This document shows, in pieces, positions 38,932 to 49,721 of a DNA stretch of 64,000 bases. Location: positions 1-64,000 of the IMG/VR virus record IMGVR_UViG_3300028883_000041, one strand, 5' to 3'. The stretch is from a virus. The notes below the pieces were generated by a model that was not told where the DNA came from, ran no database searches, and saw only the letters and a list, made by a program, of their open reading frames with translations. Positions within the stretch are counted from its first letter, which is position 1. Each line of letters opens with the position of its first letter. A program made the position numbers and the translations under genes.

Positions 38932-41247
38932 TCATTCCTTTGCTGAGTTAGTAAATACAATATCATATAATATTGCTACTTCTGACTTATAAATCACGTT
39001 ATCAATTGTAGCATTATTAGTTCCACTTATAGGCATCATCACTGAAAATTTAGCATGGTTAGTGTTAAGAGCCCAAGCTGCTGGACCAGCTTCTTCATCC
39101 CATACCATTGCGTATTCTCCAGTCCATGGAACATTACCATCTGTATCAGTACCTACATAAGTATTAGAACCGCTGAAAGCCGAACCAGATATCACTACCC
39201 AATGTTTGGCTGTTGGGTCTGCTAATGTTAATCTACTTGCAAGTTCTACATAGATGTTTTGAGCTGTAGTTGTAGTTAAAGTATGACTTCCGCTTTCTAA
39301 AGCACTTCCAGAAGGACCAGCATCTGTTCCAGAAAATATATAAACATCAAGAGCATCACCAGTTGTTCCGCTGACATTAAGTAAAACTGCATCAATGTCT
39401 GTATAATCATAGTTCTCATAATTGAAGATAAGAGTATCTGTTCCACTTGTAAGATATGGGTCAGCAGAACCAGAACTTCCAGAAGTAATTGTAATAGTTG
39501 TCCCATCATGAGTTGAATAAAAGTCTTGAGCATATAATGGGTCTCTAATCCATACACCATCATTGTCTTGTTTAGCACGAAAAACTGTTGGTGTAGCTCT
39601 TGATACTTGAGATATTTGTGTTCCACTCATAGTAACTGCACCAGCACCAGAATAAGTAAAAATATCTTTATAAGATTTAGTTCCCATTTGGAATTGGTGT
39701 GCATATGAAGCAGTTCCACTTGTTTGTAAATCTATGCTATAAGTTAAACCATATGGTGTGTAAGAATAGGTAGAAATATCAAAATCATCAATATCTAAAG
39801 CATAGACACCATTAATTCCCATTCCTTCTTCTATGATTTGTGAATAAACTACATCCTCTCCAACTTTAAGAGTATCGATATAATCATCTATAGCATTCTC
39901 TACAGATGTATTTAGGGTTGTTCTATTAGCCCACCAATCACTATCTGGTGTTAAATCTATTTCTAAATAGACCCATTTTAACATAGGTTGGTAAATTTGA
40001 TATCTTGTTCCTACTGGTCTTTTCGATGATACCGTATCTTCTACAGTATCAATCAACGCACTATTGGTTATAAGTTTGCTATCTCCTACAACAAACACAT
40101 GAATTTGATTAGCAGCGATATAAGGTTTGTTTTCTAAATCATAGACTTTACAATCAGAAATTCCATCTATATCTTCTACTGCTGCTTCTATTGCACTGTA
40201 AGTTGCAGACCCTTGTTTCTTTGAGGCTCTATATATTCTTGTTCTCAGCTGCTCATCAGTTTCTTGGTCTGCACCATTATTAAATAGATTTGTTGAACCT
40301 AAATGAGTTGATGGATTACTGCAAGTTAAATCAGATACTTGTGTAGCTAATGATGTGTCTGTCCAAATTCTATTTATAGTTGTTGGAGCAACATTATATG
40401 ATTTACCAGTTGCTACTGCTCTAACTTCTACTGCTTCTGTTGCACCACTTGCTATATCTACTTCTACTAAAGGTTCATAGACTAATGACCTATCTGCTAT
40501 AGAACATCTATATGAAGTAGTTACTGTAGTATCACTACCAGAATTAGTAACATATACATATCCAGTAGATTTGGTTGCAGCAGTTCTGGTTAATCCCCAT
40601 GGATAAGCCAGTTCATCTAAAGCATCTCCAGTTGCTGTTCTAACAAAACTGTTCTTGAAAATAGTATAATTATTACTATCTAATTCATGAAGATAACTTG
40701 CTATTGCTTCTACTAATGATGTGACAACGGTTCCGTCTGAAAAATTATTTAAGCTTGATTGAACAGTGCTATCATAAACTTTGTATGTTACCTTAAATAT
40801 AGAACCATCTTTAGGTCTATAACCAGAAGCATTGTTCCATTTTATAGCATTAAATACATAATCCCCATCATAAACTGAAGTATCTTGATTGATTGTTTGT
40901 TCAGTTCCAGACCAATACATATAATAATTAATTGTTGGTTCATCATTTTCTACAGCTCCACTCATTGCTGCTGAACCTTCTGCTATTTGTCCTCTACTAC
41001 CTTCTGTCCAAGCAGAAATACCATTAAATGTTCCAGTTGGAGGAACCCAATTTCCATCTTCATCTGTTCCTTCAACAGAAATAATTTCAACAACATTAGG
41101 TGTGGTAGTAGTTGAACCACTAAGAACATAAGTAGCAGTATTCTGGTCAAAGGTATATTGCTCTCTTTCTATCCTAACTATACCATCTCTCATCTGTTCA
41201 ATAATCTGATTTTTTATTTCTGTAGTAGTTTTAGTTTCATAACTCAT
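38932..41247 (-). CDS. Baseplate J-like wedge protein
   Basis: TATGDALDELAYPWGLTRTAATKSTG, GADQETDEQLRTRI, KRPVGT, LKVGEDV. Confidence 0.9.
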   Translation of the reverse strand: MSYETKTTTEIKNQIIEQMRDGIVRIEREQYTFDQNTATYVLSGSTTTTPNVVEIISVEGTDEDGNWVPPTGTFNGISAWTEGSRGQIAEGSAAMSGAVENDEPTINYYMYWSGTEQTINQDTSVYDGDYVFNAIKWNNASGYRPKDGSIFKVTYKVYDSTVQSSLNNFSDGTVVTSLVEAIASYLHELDSNNYTIFKNSFVRTATGDALDELAYPWGLTRTAATKSTGYVYVTNSGSDTTVTTSYRCSIADRSLVYEPLVEVDIASGATEAVEVRAVATGKSYNVAPTTINRIWTDTSLATQVSDLTCSNPSTHLGSTNLFNNGADQETDEQLRTRIYRASKKQGSATYSAIEAAVEDIDGISDCKVYDLENKPYIAANQIHVFVVGDSKLITNSALIDTVEDTVSSKRPVGTRYQIYQPMLKWVYLEIDLTPDSDWWANRTTLNTSVENAIDDYIDTLKVGEDVVYSQIIEEGMGINGVYALDIDDFDISTYSYTPYGLTYSIDLQTSGTASYAHQFQMGTKSYKDIFTYSGAGAVTMSGTQISQVSRATPTVFRAKQDNDGVWIRDPLYAQDFYSTHDGTTITITSGSSGSADPYLTSGTDTLIFNYENYDYTDIDAVLLNVSGTTGDALDVYIFSGTDAGPSGSALESGSHTLTTTTAQNIYVELASRLTLADPTAKHWVVISGSAFSGSNTYVGTDTDGNVPWTGEYAMVWDEEAGPAAWALNTNHAKFSVMMPISGTNNATIDNVIYKSEVAILYDIVFTNSAKE

Positions 41248-41696
41248 ACTGTCAACCCCATAGTTATTTTTCCACCGTTTGTGGTTTTAATATAAACATC
41301 AAAATAAACTATCCCATTACTCTTTAAAGTTGCTGATGAAAAATCTATTCCAACTATAAGGTCTCCAAAGAATTTGTAGATAGAAGTAATGACTTCAGAC
41401 TTGATAATTTCTATGAAGTCATCATCTGGAACTGGGTTCATTATTAAGAACTTGAACGCAGAACCAAACTCTGGATGAAAAGGAAGTTCTCCCCTTCCTT
41501 TATTATAATCATAAACAGTTAATAACAAAAACAACGAGCCATTGGATACTAATTCAGTTAATCCATTGGTAAGTTTGAAATCTCCTCCATCACTTACAAC
41601 AAAGTCTAAATAGCCATCTGAGCAACCTAATTTCATATCTCTGCCAAAGATAATATTCTCTTGAGCTGTAGTAAGAGTGTTTATTTTAAAGGACAT
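41244..41696 (-). CDS. Baseplate gp25/gpW-like protein
   Basis: GRDMKL...GDFKL...GELPFHPEFGS. Confidence 0.75.
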   Translation of the reverse strand: MSFKINTLTTAQENIIFGRDMKLGCSDGYLDFVVSDGGDFKLTNGLTELVSNGSLFLLLTVYDYNKGRGELPFHPEFGSAFKFLIMNPVPDDDFIEIIKSEVITSIYKFFGDLIVGIDFSSATLKSNGIVYFDVYIKTTNGGKITMGLTV

Positions 41697-41739
41697 CTGT
41701 TATGGTAATTATATAAAGCAATATAATAACTTTATGCTT

Positions 41740-41976
41740 CTAAGGAACAACCTCTTCATAATTATACATGACATTCAAATATCCTAAACCAGCAGATATA
41801 CTAAACCCAGATACTTCATCATATCTGTTAATAATATGGTCTAATTGGTTATCTGTATATGTACCATCTATCCTTAAGAGAATAACATCTGTTCCGCTGG
41901 GATATGCTTTCCCATCAACCCCTTGGGTTGCAGCTAAATCGTTAATATAATCAACTATTTCTTGTAAAGTTGCCAT
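41740..41976 (-). CDS. Small protein, single copy of the MATL domain
   Basis: Start at MATLQEIVDY with TATA upstream; paralogue of 42433-42906. Confidence 0.75.
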   Translation of the reverse strand: MATLQEIVDYINDLAATQGVDGKAYPSGTDVILLRIDGTYTDNQLDHIINRYDEVSGFSISAGLGYLNVMYNYEEVVP

Positions 41977-42014
41977 GATAAAAAAGTAGAAAGAGGGATA
42001 TAAGAACTTTATGC

Positions 42015-42392
42015 TTAGAGGATATCCAAGTATCTCTTCCATTTTTTCTTGACGACTGGTTGAGATGTATAATCTAACTTAGTCTCTCTGTCTGTTATGA
42101 ATACTATGTCTGATAATAAATCACCAACAAACTCTAACTCCATATCACATTCCCCACAATCACAAGCAAAGGTATAATGAAGGTCTCCTCTTGCTTCTGG
42201 ACCTCTTAACTTTCCAGTCCATTCTTCTGGGTCATATTTAACAGATTTCATATTGAGTTCTTTTTCGTTGCTACCTACTATTCGTATTCCAGTTCTTAAG
42301 TTTCCCACAAATTCAAGATATCTACCACAACCACACTTACACATACAGTAATAGCTTCTATCTTCTGGTATAATTTCAACTTCTTCTGACAT
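42015..42392 (-). CDS. Protein with two CxCG(E)C...LEFVG repeats
   Basis: Start at MSEEV behind AAAAGGTTTAAATA (42415-42428). Confidence 0.7.
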   Translation of the reverse strand: MSEEVEIIPEDRSYYCMCKCGCGRYLEFVGNLRTGIRIVGSNEKELNMKSVKYDPEEWTGKLRGPEARGDLHYTFACDCGECDMELEFVGDLLSDIVFITDRETKLDYTSQPVVKKKWKRYLDIL

Positions 42393-42432
42393 GAATAAAA
42401 AAAGGAAGGGAAGATATTTAAACCTTTTGACA

Positions 42433-42906
42433 CTATGAACCAGATAATGTTTCGTCATAGAGATAGTAGATTACAATTGGTCCATCACCTTCATAGAGAG
42501 TGAAAGTGGTTATCTCATCTGGATAATGATTGATAAGGTGTTCAAGACCAGTTTTATTATATTGACCAATAAATCTAATCTTAACATTCTCATCATCTGG
42601 TGTCCAAACCATAGCCTCTATCTTATCATTATTATCTATCAAATTCTGAACATAATCAACGATATCTCCTATAGTGTTACTACCAGAAGTATAAGGATAA
42701 ATCAAGTCTAACCATCCCCTAATACTTTGAACAGCATAACTATATATCTCTGAGTATTGGTTGATAAGCCAATCTAATTGACCTTTACTATAACTTCCTT
42801 TAGAAGTAATTCTGATATTACTACCAGTCCATAGTCCTATGGCTTCTAAATCTTGAGCCTTTATCAAGTTTTGAACAGTTGTTTCTATTTCGCCTAATGT
42901 TGCCAT
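42433..42906 (-). CDS. Protein with two tandem MATL domains
   Basis: TLGEIETTVQNLI / TIGDIVDYVQNLI; QLDWLINQY / GLEHLINHY. Confidence 0.75.
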   Translation of the reverse strand: MATLGEIETTVQNLIKAQDLEAIGLWTGSNIRITSKGSYSKGQLDWLINQYSEIYSYAVQSIRGWLDLIYPYTSGSNTIGDIVDYVQNLIDNNDKIEAMVWTPDDENVKIRFIGQYNKTGLEHLINHYPDEITTFTLYEGDGPIVIYYLYDETLSGS

Positions 42907-42914
42907 TTAATCAC

Positions 42915-45764
42915 CTAACTATAATAATATTCACACAACGGAGCTTTACAGTCTAAATCGTTTGCATTGGTACAGATGAAATCCAATCTAAGATGTACCC
43001 AATCATAAGCACTAACGTCTGTAGTTGTCCAACCTATATCTGTTCTAAGACTGTATTCTATACCAGTATTGTAATTATTCAATGCTGTTTGACTGTCTAA
43101 CAGAGTACTGGTTCTACCACTATGAGCGTAGACATATACTCGGTCCCATTCATCACCATTATCAGCATCAAGAAGATTGACTAAGAAATCGTATATCTGT
43201 AATTCTAAAGTTCCTTCTCCTCTAACAGTTGGTAGAGGCACTACGCCTACAGCTATAAAGTCTTGAGCACCTACGTTAGATATAGTCATAGCTGAAGAGT
43301 TCCATCTCCAATCATCATAATATCCAGCTGCTGTATTACCATTCATCATGATAGGTATCTTATGTCTGTCAGTAGATTTGGAAGACCAACCTATGACTTT
43401 AGATGCTCCTCTACTAATAGACCCATCACTTGTAGATAAGTTTCCTTCTATCCACAATTCATCTATCGCTGCACCAGAAGCACCTATACTGTAACTATCA
43501 TCAGTATCTACGAGAATATCTCCACCTATGGTTGTTGTGCCTCCTATGGTGACGTTTCCAGTGACATCTAAAGTCTCACCTATAGTTCCAGACCCACCTA
43601 CAACTAAGTCATCCACGGTAGCCTCACCATCAACAACTAAGGTTCCAAAACCTCCTTCTCCAGTAACTTCTAAGTCTTCTGTTACAGAAGCAGAAGTACC
43701 AACAGACAAACCAGCGGCTGTAGAAATATTTCCAGTCACATCCAGTGTTTCAGCCACAGTTCCAGAACCACCAATGACCAAATCATCCACCGTAGTTAAA
43801 CCAGTTACATCTAAGGTTTCAGCAATGGTACCGCTTCCTCCTATGGTTATATCATCGACTGTGGTTGAACCACTCATGGTTGATGTTCCAGAAACGATAA
43901 GATTACCAGCAACTGTCGCATCCGTACCATCATCGAAAAGGATACTATCAGTTATATCTTTAGCTGTTCCACTTTCCCATTTGGTAAGATAATTATCTGT
44001 ATGACTTGTCCCTTGAACTACATCTCCAGAACCGCTTCCAGCAGCACCAGAAACTGCTGATGGTTCCCATTTACTGTTAGCTTCTACCCAAACAAGAGAG
44101 TCACCATCACTTGGAGACCCAGCATCTACATCATCTAATTCGTTTAAAACTATACCGCTTGTTGCACCACTAAAAGCAACGGTTCCACTAAAGACTGTTG
44201 AACCACTGAAAGCCCAATCTCCAGTAACTATCTCGTTCTGAGCTAAGGATGCGTATTGTGGATGGTCATCATCTGATAACCCAGCTAAATCTCCGTGGTC
44301 CGTAACTGGAACAACAGTAAATTGTGTATCAAGAGGACTGAGAATAAGGTCTATATTGGAAGCATCTCGTTCTATGATGACTTTACCAACAAGTAACCCA
44401 AAATCTCTTAACAAAGGAGGAGGAGTTGGTATTGCAGATGCTTCTGCTTCTCCTAATTTATTATAATCATCTTGACCATATTGAACATGTAAACTACCGT
44501 CTTGTAAAACATAAACTAAATGAACACCATAATCATTACTACCAACTGTTCCTAAAGTTCCGTCTCCATCATCATAATTAGTATTACTTATCTGTGCTTG
44601 GTCAGTAACTTCTGTCCAACCACCGCCATTAGCCCTATACCAATAACTAAATCTATCACCATTATTTGTATTTAGAGCACTGATAGTCTCTCTATTATGA
44701 GCACAATATAAGACCCCAGCAGTTAATGAAAGATATCGTTCTCCTTCTTCTGCTAAACTCAATCCACTTGCTCGTTCAAAGCCATGTATTTCAAAGTCTC
44801 TATAACATGCCTTAGTCATATAGTCAGTGATATCTTGACCTACATTATAGATGTAAAGAGTTGTTCCGTCTCTATACACTCTTCCAATAACTATTTCTGT
44901 ATGAAGGTCTAATGAAGTAATATCTACTGTTGCATCAACTTCTGGTGACCCACTACTATAAGACAAATAAATCCAATTGGTATTGTTATCTGTTAATGAT
45001 ACACTATCATCCTCAGCCCAATCAAAGAACACATTACTTCCTATATCACTATCTGTTGTTTTGATGATACCAGTTCCAGAGCCAACAGTAGCTGAACCAT
45101 CACCATTATCACTTATAGTACCACCAGTGATAAATCCAGCACTTTGAGTATTGTTCCACCAGTCTTCTAAAGTCTTATAAGTAGAACCAGAAATGATACT
45201 ATGATTGATTTGTTCATCATCTAATTCAAATGATGAAACAGCCATAGATTGTAACTCTCCACTATCTTCAAAGAGAATATTATCTGTAAGAGCAGCTGCA
45301 TCAATAGTATCAACTACCAGTTTTCCTCCTACTGTGATAGTATCATCACCAGCATTCTGTGTTACAATACTGTCTGCTAATTCGTTAGCAGCACCACTCC
45401 ACATAGGGATAGTTCTTATTGTTCCAGAACCACCTACACCGTAGTAAGTTCCAGAACCCCACGCTTCATAAGGTATGGCTACTCCAGATATGATAACGAA
45501 TATATTATTATCATCTGCTCTGAACCCATATTTTGTTCCATCTACTATAGTATCTTTAACATCACCTATAGTTCCACTTCCAAACCCCAACATGGCTTTG
45601 GCTGCATCAAATTCTACATAACCGCTGTTATTAGTCCATGTTTTATTAGTTACTGTTCCACTTACTAAATCAACATCATATCCATCTGTATCAACATACA
45701 ATACAGTATAACAATCACTTGAACCACTTACTAAATTATCAGAACCTATATAATATGTCGCCAT
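42915..45764 (-). CDS. Large tail fibre / virion surface protein, SG[ST]-rich
   Basis: Acidic, Gly/Ser/Thr-rich; DHGDLAGLSDDDHPQY and LNELDDVD fibre-type motifs; same 23-aa repeat as the 36604 gene. Confidence 0.75.
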   Translation of the reverse strand: MATYYIGSDNLVSGSSDCYTVLYVDTDGYDVDLVSGTVTNKTWTNNSGYVEFDAAKAMLGFGSGTIGDVKDTIVDGTKYGFRADDNNIFVIISGVAIPYEAWGSGTYYGVGGSGTIRTIPMWSGAANELADSIVTQNAGDDTITVGGKLVVDTIDAAALTDNILFEDSGELQSMAVSSFELDDEQINHSIISGSTYKTLEDWWNNTQSAGFITGGTISDNGDGSATVGSGTGIIKTTDSDIGSNVFFDWAEDDSVSLTDNNTNWIYLSYSSGSPEVDATVDITSLDLHTEIVIGRVYRDGTTLYIYNVGQDITDYMTKACYRDFEIHGFERASGLSLAEEGERYLSLTAGVLYCAHNRETISALNTNNGDRFSYWYRANGGGWTEVTDQAQISNTNYDDGDGTLGTVGSNDYGVHLVYVLQDGSLHVQYGQDDYNKLGEAEASAIPTPPPLLRDFGLLVGKVIIERDASNIDLILSPLDTQFTVVPVTDHGDLAGLSDDDHPQYASLAQNEIVTGDWAFSGSTVFSGTVAFSGATSGIVLNELDDVDAGSPSDGDSLVWVEANSKWEPSAVSGAAGSGSGDVVQGTSHTDNYLTKWESGTAKDITDSILFDDGTDATVAGNLIVSGTSTMSGSTTVDDITIGGSGTIAETLDVTGLTTVDDLVIGGSGTVAETLDVTGNISTAAGLSVGTSASVTEDLEVTGEGGFGTLVVDGEATVDDLVVGGSGTIGETLDVTGNVTIGGTTTIGGDILVDTDDSYSIGASGAAIDELWIEGNLSTSDGSISRGASKVIGWSSKSTDRHKIPIMMNGNTAAGYYDDWRWNSSAMTISNVGAQDFIAVGVVPLPTVRGEGTLELQIYDFLVNLLDADNGDEWDRVYVYAHSGRTSTLLDSQTALNNYNTGIEYSLRTDIGWTTTDVSAYDWVHLRLDFICTNANDLDCKAPLCEYYYS
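43550..43870 (-). repeat. 23-aa coding repeats shared with the 36604-38226 gene
   Basis: VDDITIGGSGTIAETLDVTGLTTVDDLVIGGSGTVAETLDVTG. Confidence 0.8.
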
Positions 45765-46681
45765 TATTCCACCTTTTCCTTTCTGTTTTGACCACTTATA
45801 GTTCCACCTAATTGTGTTGTACCAGCATTAGCAGTAAGATTAGTCATAGGAGATTGTAACAAAGCGATAGGGATAGGAGCACCACTAATAGGACACGCTG
45901 CTAAAGTTCCCCCTACACAACTAAAAGTAGATGCAGCAGTTATTTGAATTTGTCCGTTGGTTCCTAATGTTATAGAGTCTCCATCTGCTACAACAGAATT
46001 ACTCCCACTTTGAAATAATACATTACCATCAGAATTAATATTAATAGCTCCTTTAGCATTAACATCAATACTACCATCAGCATTAAGAACAATGGATGTT
46101 CCACTTGTAGACTCTGAACTTCTGAGGGTGATACTCCCAGAAGACATATGAAATATATCACCATTATCTGTCTCTATGTAGAACCCTTCTTCTGGATAGG
46201 TAGGAGAATATGTTGGGTCAGCACTCATAAAAGTTTTTGTATCTCCCTTAAAATCAGCACTGGCAAACTCTCTGTTGAAATGTTGATTAAAATCTGTTAC
46301 ATCTCCTACAGACAAAACAACTCTTTTACCACTTAATGATAATGAACCAGCACCAGAAGCAGCTTCTGTAAAACCAGAACCATCTCCTAAATGAACCTTT
46401 GCTCCTTCACTATCTAATAATACTGTTTCTCTGTTTAATATACCACTAACACTATGAGTTGAACCTAAAATATAACCAATATCTCCTTCTATGAATACTA
46501 AAACATTCTCATTTGGAGAGTAAGTAGGAATAAATCCAGCTCTTGCACCACTCATTGTTCCCATAATTGATATAGGACTACAAGATATGTCTGTTCCGTC
46601 TATATTTATTGTATAAACATTACTATACCCCTCATCCTCTTCTTCCCTTTGGACGTTTTTTATTGTTGCCGATTTAATCAT
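45764..46681 (-). CDS. Baseplate spike (gpV/gp5-like)
   Basis: OB-like N-terminus (PTYSPNENVLVFIEG..YILGS) and beta-helix-like SIVLNADGSIDVNAKGAININSDGNV. Confidence 0.75.
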   Translation of the reverse strand: MIKSATIKNVQREEEDEGYSNVYTINIDGTDISCSPISIMGTMSGARAGFIPTYSPNENVLVFIEGDIGYILGSTHSVSGILNRETVLLDSEGAKVHLGDGSGFTEAASGAGSLSLSGKRVVLSVGDVTDFNQHFNREFASADFKGDTKTFMSADPTYSPTYPEEGFYIETDNGDIFHMSSGSITLRSSESTSGTSIVLNADGSIDVNAKGAININSDGNVLFQSGSNSVVADGDSITLGTNGQIQITAASTFSCVGGTLAACPISGAPIPIALLQSPMTNLTANAGTTQLGGTISGQNRKEKVE

Positions 46682-46682
46682 C

Positions 46683-49600
46683 TTATACCATCCTTTTCCA
46701 ACTTAAAGGCAAATTCTCTGATAATGAAGACCTTTGTAAAAATGTCGATAATTGTCTTGTAATCACATTGTCTTCATCAAAAGGCATGTTACTGTTAATT
46801 GGGTCATCTACTAAATATATTTTACTCATGAACCCACTTGTTGTTCCGAAGTTACCGATATATTGAACATGTCTATAAACAAACCATCTTACTACCTCAT
46901 TCTCTTTTGCAGTATTTAGTTTAACAATATCATCATCTATAAATGCAGACCCTTCTCCATTATTTTCTAAATCTCTTATATACTTTTTTTCATTCAACAT
47001 AGAAGTAAATTCTTTAGTCTTTCCAATAGCAGCACTCGCTATACTGACTACTCTATCTGTATCAATAATATCTACTGGTGCTACTCTTTTAGACAATTTT
47101 TCTAAGTAATAGTTTGCAAATCCTTCTCTCTTTTCTTGTAAAAAGATGGTATCACCAACTTGTATATTAGGTCTGGCTCCCATATATATTGAACCATTTC
47201 TCCCTTGCATTGTAGCCAATTCTATTAACATTGTCTCTACTGTTTTACAAGTCATCTCTATTATTCCAAATATTAAAGCTACCATAAACTTTTTTATTGG
47301 TATTGCTTTTTGTGTGATGTTTCTAACAAATTCATAATATGGTTCTTGACCAACTTGATAATCTGATATTTCAGTTGCATTATACTTTACAACCTCTGAT
47401 AAAAATCTCAACGTGTCATCTGCATCATCTAAATATTGATATATACTTTTCATCACTTGGGTTACAGCATTAAGACTGCTTTTTCCTATTGACTTAGCAG
47501 TTAGGTAGGTGTTTTTGATATGATAATCAATGTCTTTACTTACACCAAATACAGTTTGACCTATACTTTCTAAACTACTATCTGATAGAAAATCTTGACA
47601 CATCTCAAAGAACTCATTATAACTATATTTTTCTTTTAGTTGGAATGTTTTACTGCTACTATATTTGATATTGAATGTACCAGTTTGTTTTATTTTCTCA
47701 CTGATGGGAACAGCTATAGAAGAAAAAGAACCAAATAAACCATTGAGATTGAATTCTAATTCAAAGGTTTTAGGGTTAATACCATAAGAATTAAGAGTAT
47801 CGGTAATAGGATTATTAGAAGTGACAGATACCCCTTGTGTGTATGATAACATGTTATCTACTTTTTCTCTTAGTTCTAAGTAATAACCATCTTCCAAAGA
47901 TACAGAAGAAGTATTAACTGTTGACTCTTTATAATCTACTAAAGGTTTTTGTGTTTCAAAAACAACCATCTTAGGAACATTAGAATAGATGTTGTTCTTC
48001 GTAGAAAAATTATTTTTTAAAGACACAGACATTATAGGAGCAGAATTAACATCATCTGGGTCCACTAAATGACATTCTGCTATCTGTCCTCTTCTGTTTA
48101 CCTCAAAGATATCTATTTCAGACACCTCATCAAGATAAAGTTTGTGTTTTCTATCTGGAACTAATAAATTACCAGCAGCATCTCTCCCACTAAATGTAAA
48201 TAATAAGCATATAACTATTCCAGTTCCTTTCTTTCTATTTGGAACATCTTGGTTAATGAACATATCAGATTTAACCCATAAGTTCTTTGAAGCATCACCA
48301 TAGATAATCTTGTTAATATAGATAAAATTACTTAGATACATATTAACAAAATCTATTATTGATGGTGTGTTAAAGGTTGTATCTAACTCTGGTCTGGTAT
48401 AGAGGTCCAACTTATCTGGCGTCCATCTCTCACTTGTTCTAACATTAAGAACATTAGTTAATGCACGAGCAAGAGGTATAGTTCCAGAAGCTTTACCACT
48501 TTTATCATCTAAATAAAGATAAAACTGTTCTGCTTTTCCCCCCTTATCTGCTACTAAAAATGATATCTTACCAGAACCATCTTTCTTAATCTTACCAAAT
48601 AAATTCATGATTATCTTATCAAAAGAAATAAGCAGTTTATCAGTCTCATTTTCTTGTACTCTTCTTGTTTCAGCAAACACCCTATCACCAAAAGCAGCAA
48701 AAAATCTGCTTGAAGTTATCATAAATTTTTTCATGGTTCTTCCTCTATTATCTGGGTCATCAACCTCTGTTGCTGGAAGAACACTGGTAGTCATACCATT
48801 ATTAATACAAAACTTTACTGCTTTTGATATGGTTGTTTGCCATAAAGTATTTTTATCATAATCTTTTAATGTATAAGCTTCGTTATTATCGTTATCTTCT
48901 TTCTTGATACCATAATTAATTTTAAGATGTTGGAACATTCTTGCTGGGTCTTGAGCATTCATCCTTAACTGAGTAGAACCTCCCATATGAAGGTTTTTAA
49001 CTGTAATAAACCCAGAAAAATGAGGTCTGTCTCTCTCTATTCTGGTAGTAAATCTACTCTTCTTAATCTTCTGTTCTTTTTCTCCAGACTTACATAACGT
49101 ACCTATTAAAGAGGTATTTGTAATAGAAACGTTTTGAAGATTTGTACCAATCTTCTTTTTTGTTAAGAAGTCTTTAACTCCTACAGCATATTTAACATCT
49201 TGATTATACATCTCATAAAACAATAACTTTGAAGCAGCAAAATCCGCTCCAGATATAGCAGCAGAAGCCAAAGTTTTAGAAAGGTTCTGCGTCCAAACGA
49301 ATATCACATCATCTGTTCTAACTATCTTATAAAGTAATCTTTCATAATCAGAAAAAGTTATTTCTATTTTAACACCGTATCTCGAACTTTCATCAATTTG
49401 AACACCAAGAAGAGTATTCTGTTCATAAGAATTTGTAAAAGGATTTGATACCAAGTTCTTGCTTAAATATCTCATAGATTTATCTGGTTCAGTTACAGCA
49501 CCTACAGCTTCATCTTCATGAAGTCTTGTAAGTTCTTCTTGGCTTAATACTTTTGTATCAACTTCAAACTTATAATAAGGTTTGAGGTCAACAAACTTGA

Positions 49601-49721
49601 ACATACCTTTTTCAGTTCTTCTCCATATTTCAACAGCAACAATAACATGTTGTTCATTATCGAAATTGAATTTAAGAACTTCTGATGATGTTGGTTGTAA
49701 AAACTGAGAAAGGTCTGACAT
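46683..49721 (-). CDS. Putative baseplate hub protein
   Basis: Synteny; HFSGFIT...MNAQD and GARPNIQVGDTI resemble gpD/gp27-like hubs. Confidence 0.55.
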   Translation of the reverse strand: MSDLSQFLQPTSSEVLKFNFDNEQHVIVAVEIWRRTEKGMFKFVDLKPYYKFEVDTKVLSQEELTRLHEDEAVGAVTEPDKSMRYLSKNLVSNPFTNSYEQNTLLGVQIDESSRYGVKIEITFSDYERLLYKIVRTDDVIFVWTQNLSKTLASAAISGADFAASKLLFYEMYNQDVKYAVGVKDFLTKKKIGTNLQNVSITNTSLIGTLCKSGEKEQKIKKSRFTTRIERDRPHFSGFITVKNLHMGGSTQLRMNAQDPARMFQHLKINYGIKKEDNDNNEAYTLKDYDKNTLWQTTISKAVKFCINNGMTTSVLPATEVDDPDNRGRTMKKFMITSSRFFAAFGDRVFAETRRVQENETDKLLISFDKIIMNLFGKIKKDGSGKISFLVADKGGKAEQFYLYLDDKSGKASGTIPLARALTNVLNVRTSERWTPDKLDLYTRPELDTTFNTPSIIDFVNMYLSNFIYINKIIYGDASKNLWVKSDMFINQDVPNRKKGTGIVICLLFTFSGRDAAGNLLVPDRKHKLYLDEVSEIDIFEVNRRGQIAECHLVDPDDVNSAPIMSVSLKNNFSTKNNIYSNVPKMVVFETQKPLVDYKESTVNTSSVSLEDGYYLELREKVDNMLSYTQGVSVTSNNPITDTLNSYGINPKTFELEFNLNGLFGSFSSIAVPISEKIKQTGTFNIKYSSSKTFQLKEKYSYNEFFEMCQDFLSDSSLESIGQTVFGVSKDIDYHIKNTYLTAKSIGKSSLNAVTQVMKSIYQYLDDADDTLRFLSEVVKYNATEISDYQVGQEPYYEFVRNITQKAIPIKKFMVALIFGIIEMTCKTVETMLIELATMQGRNGSIYMGARPNIQVGDTIFLQEKREGFANYYLEKLSKRVAPVDIIDTDRVVSIASAAIGKTKEFTSMLNEKKYIRDLENNGEGSAFIDDDIVKLNTAKENEVVRWFVYRHVQYIGNFGTTSGFMSKIYLVDDPINSNMPFDEDNVITRQLSTFLQRSSLSENLPLSWKRMV

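Noticed and set aside
37331-43992. Long + strand ORFs 37331-37636 and 43528-43992 with repeats
   Set aside because: Antisense shadows of the fibre repeat regions
36604-45764. Diversity-generating retroelement acting on fibres
   Set aside because: No reverse transcriptase seen; repeat differences are synonymous rather than adenine-specific
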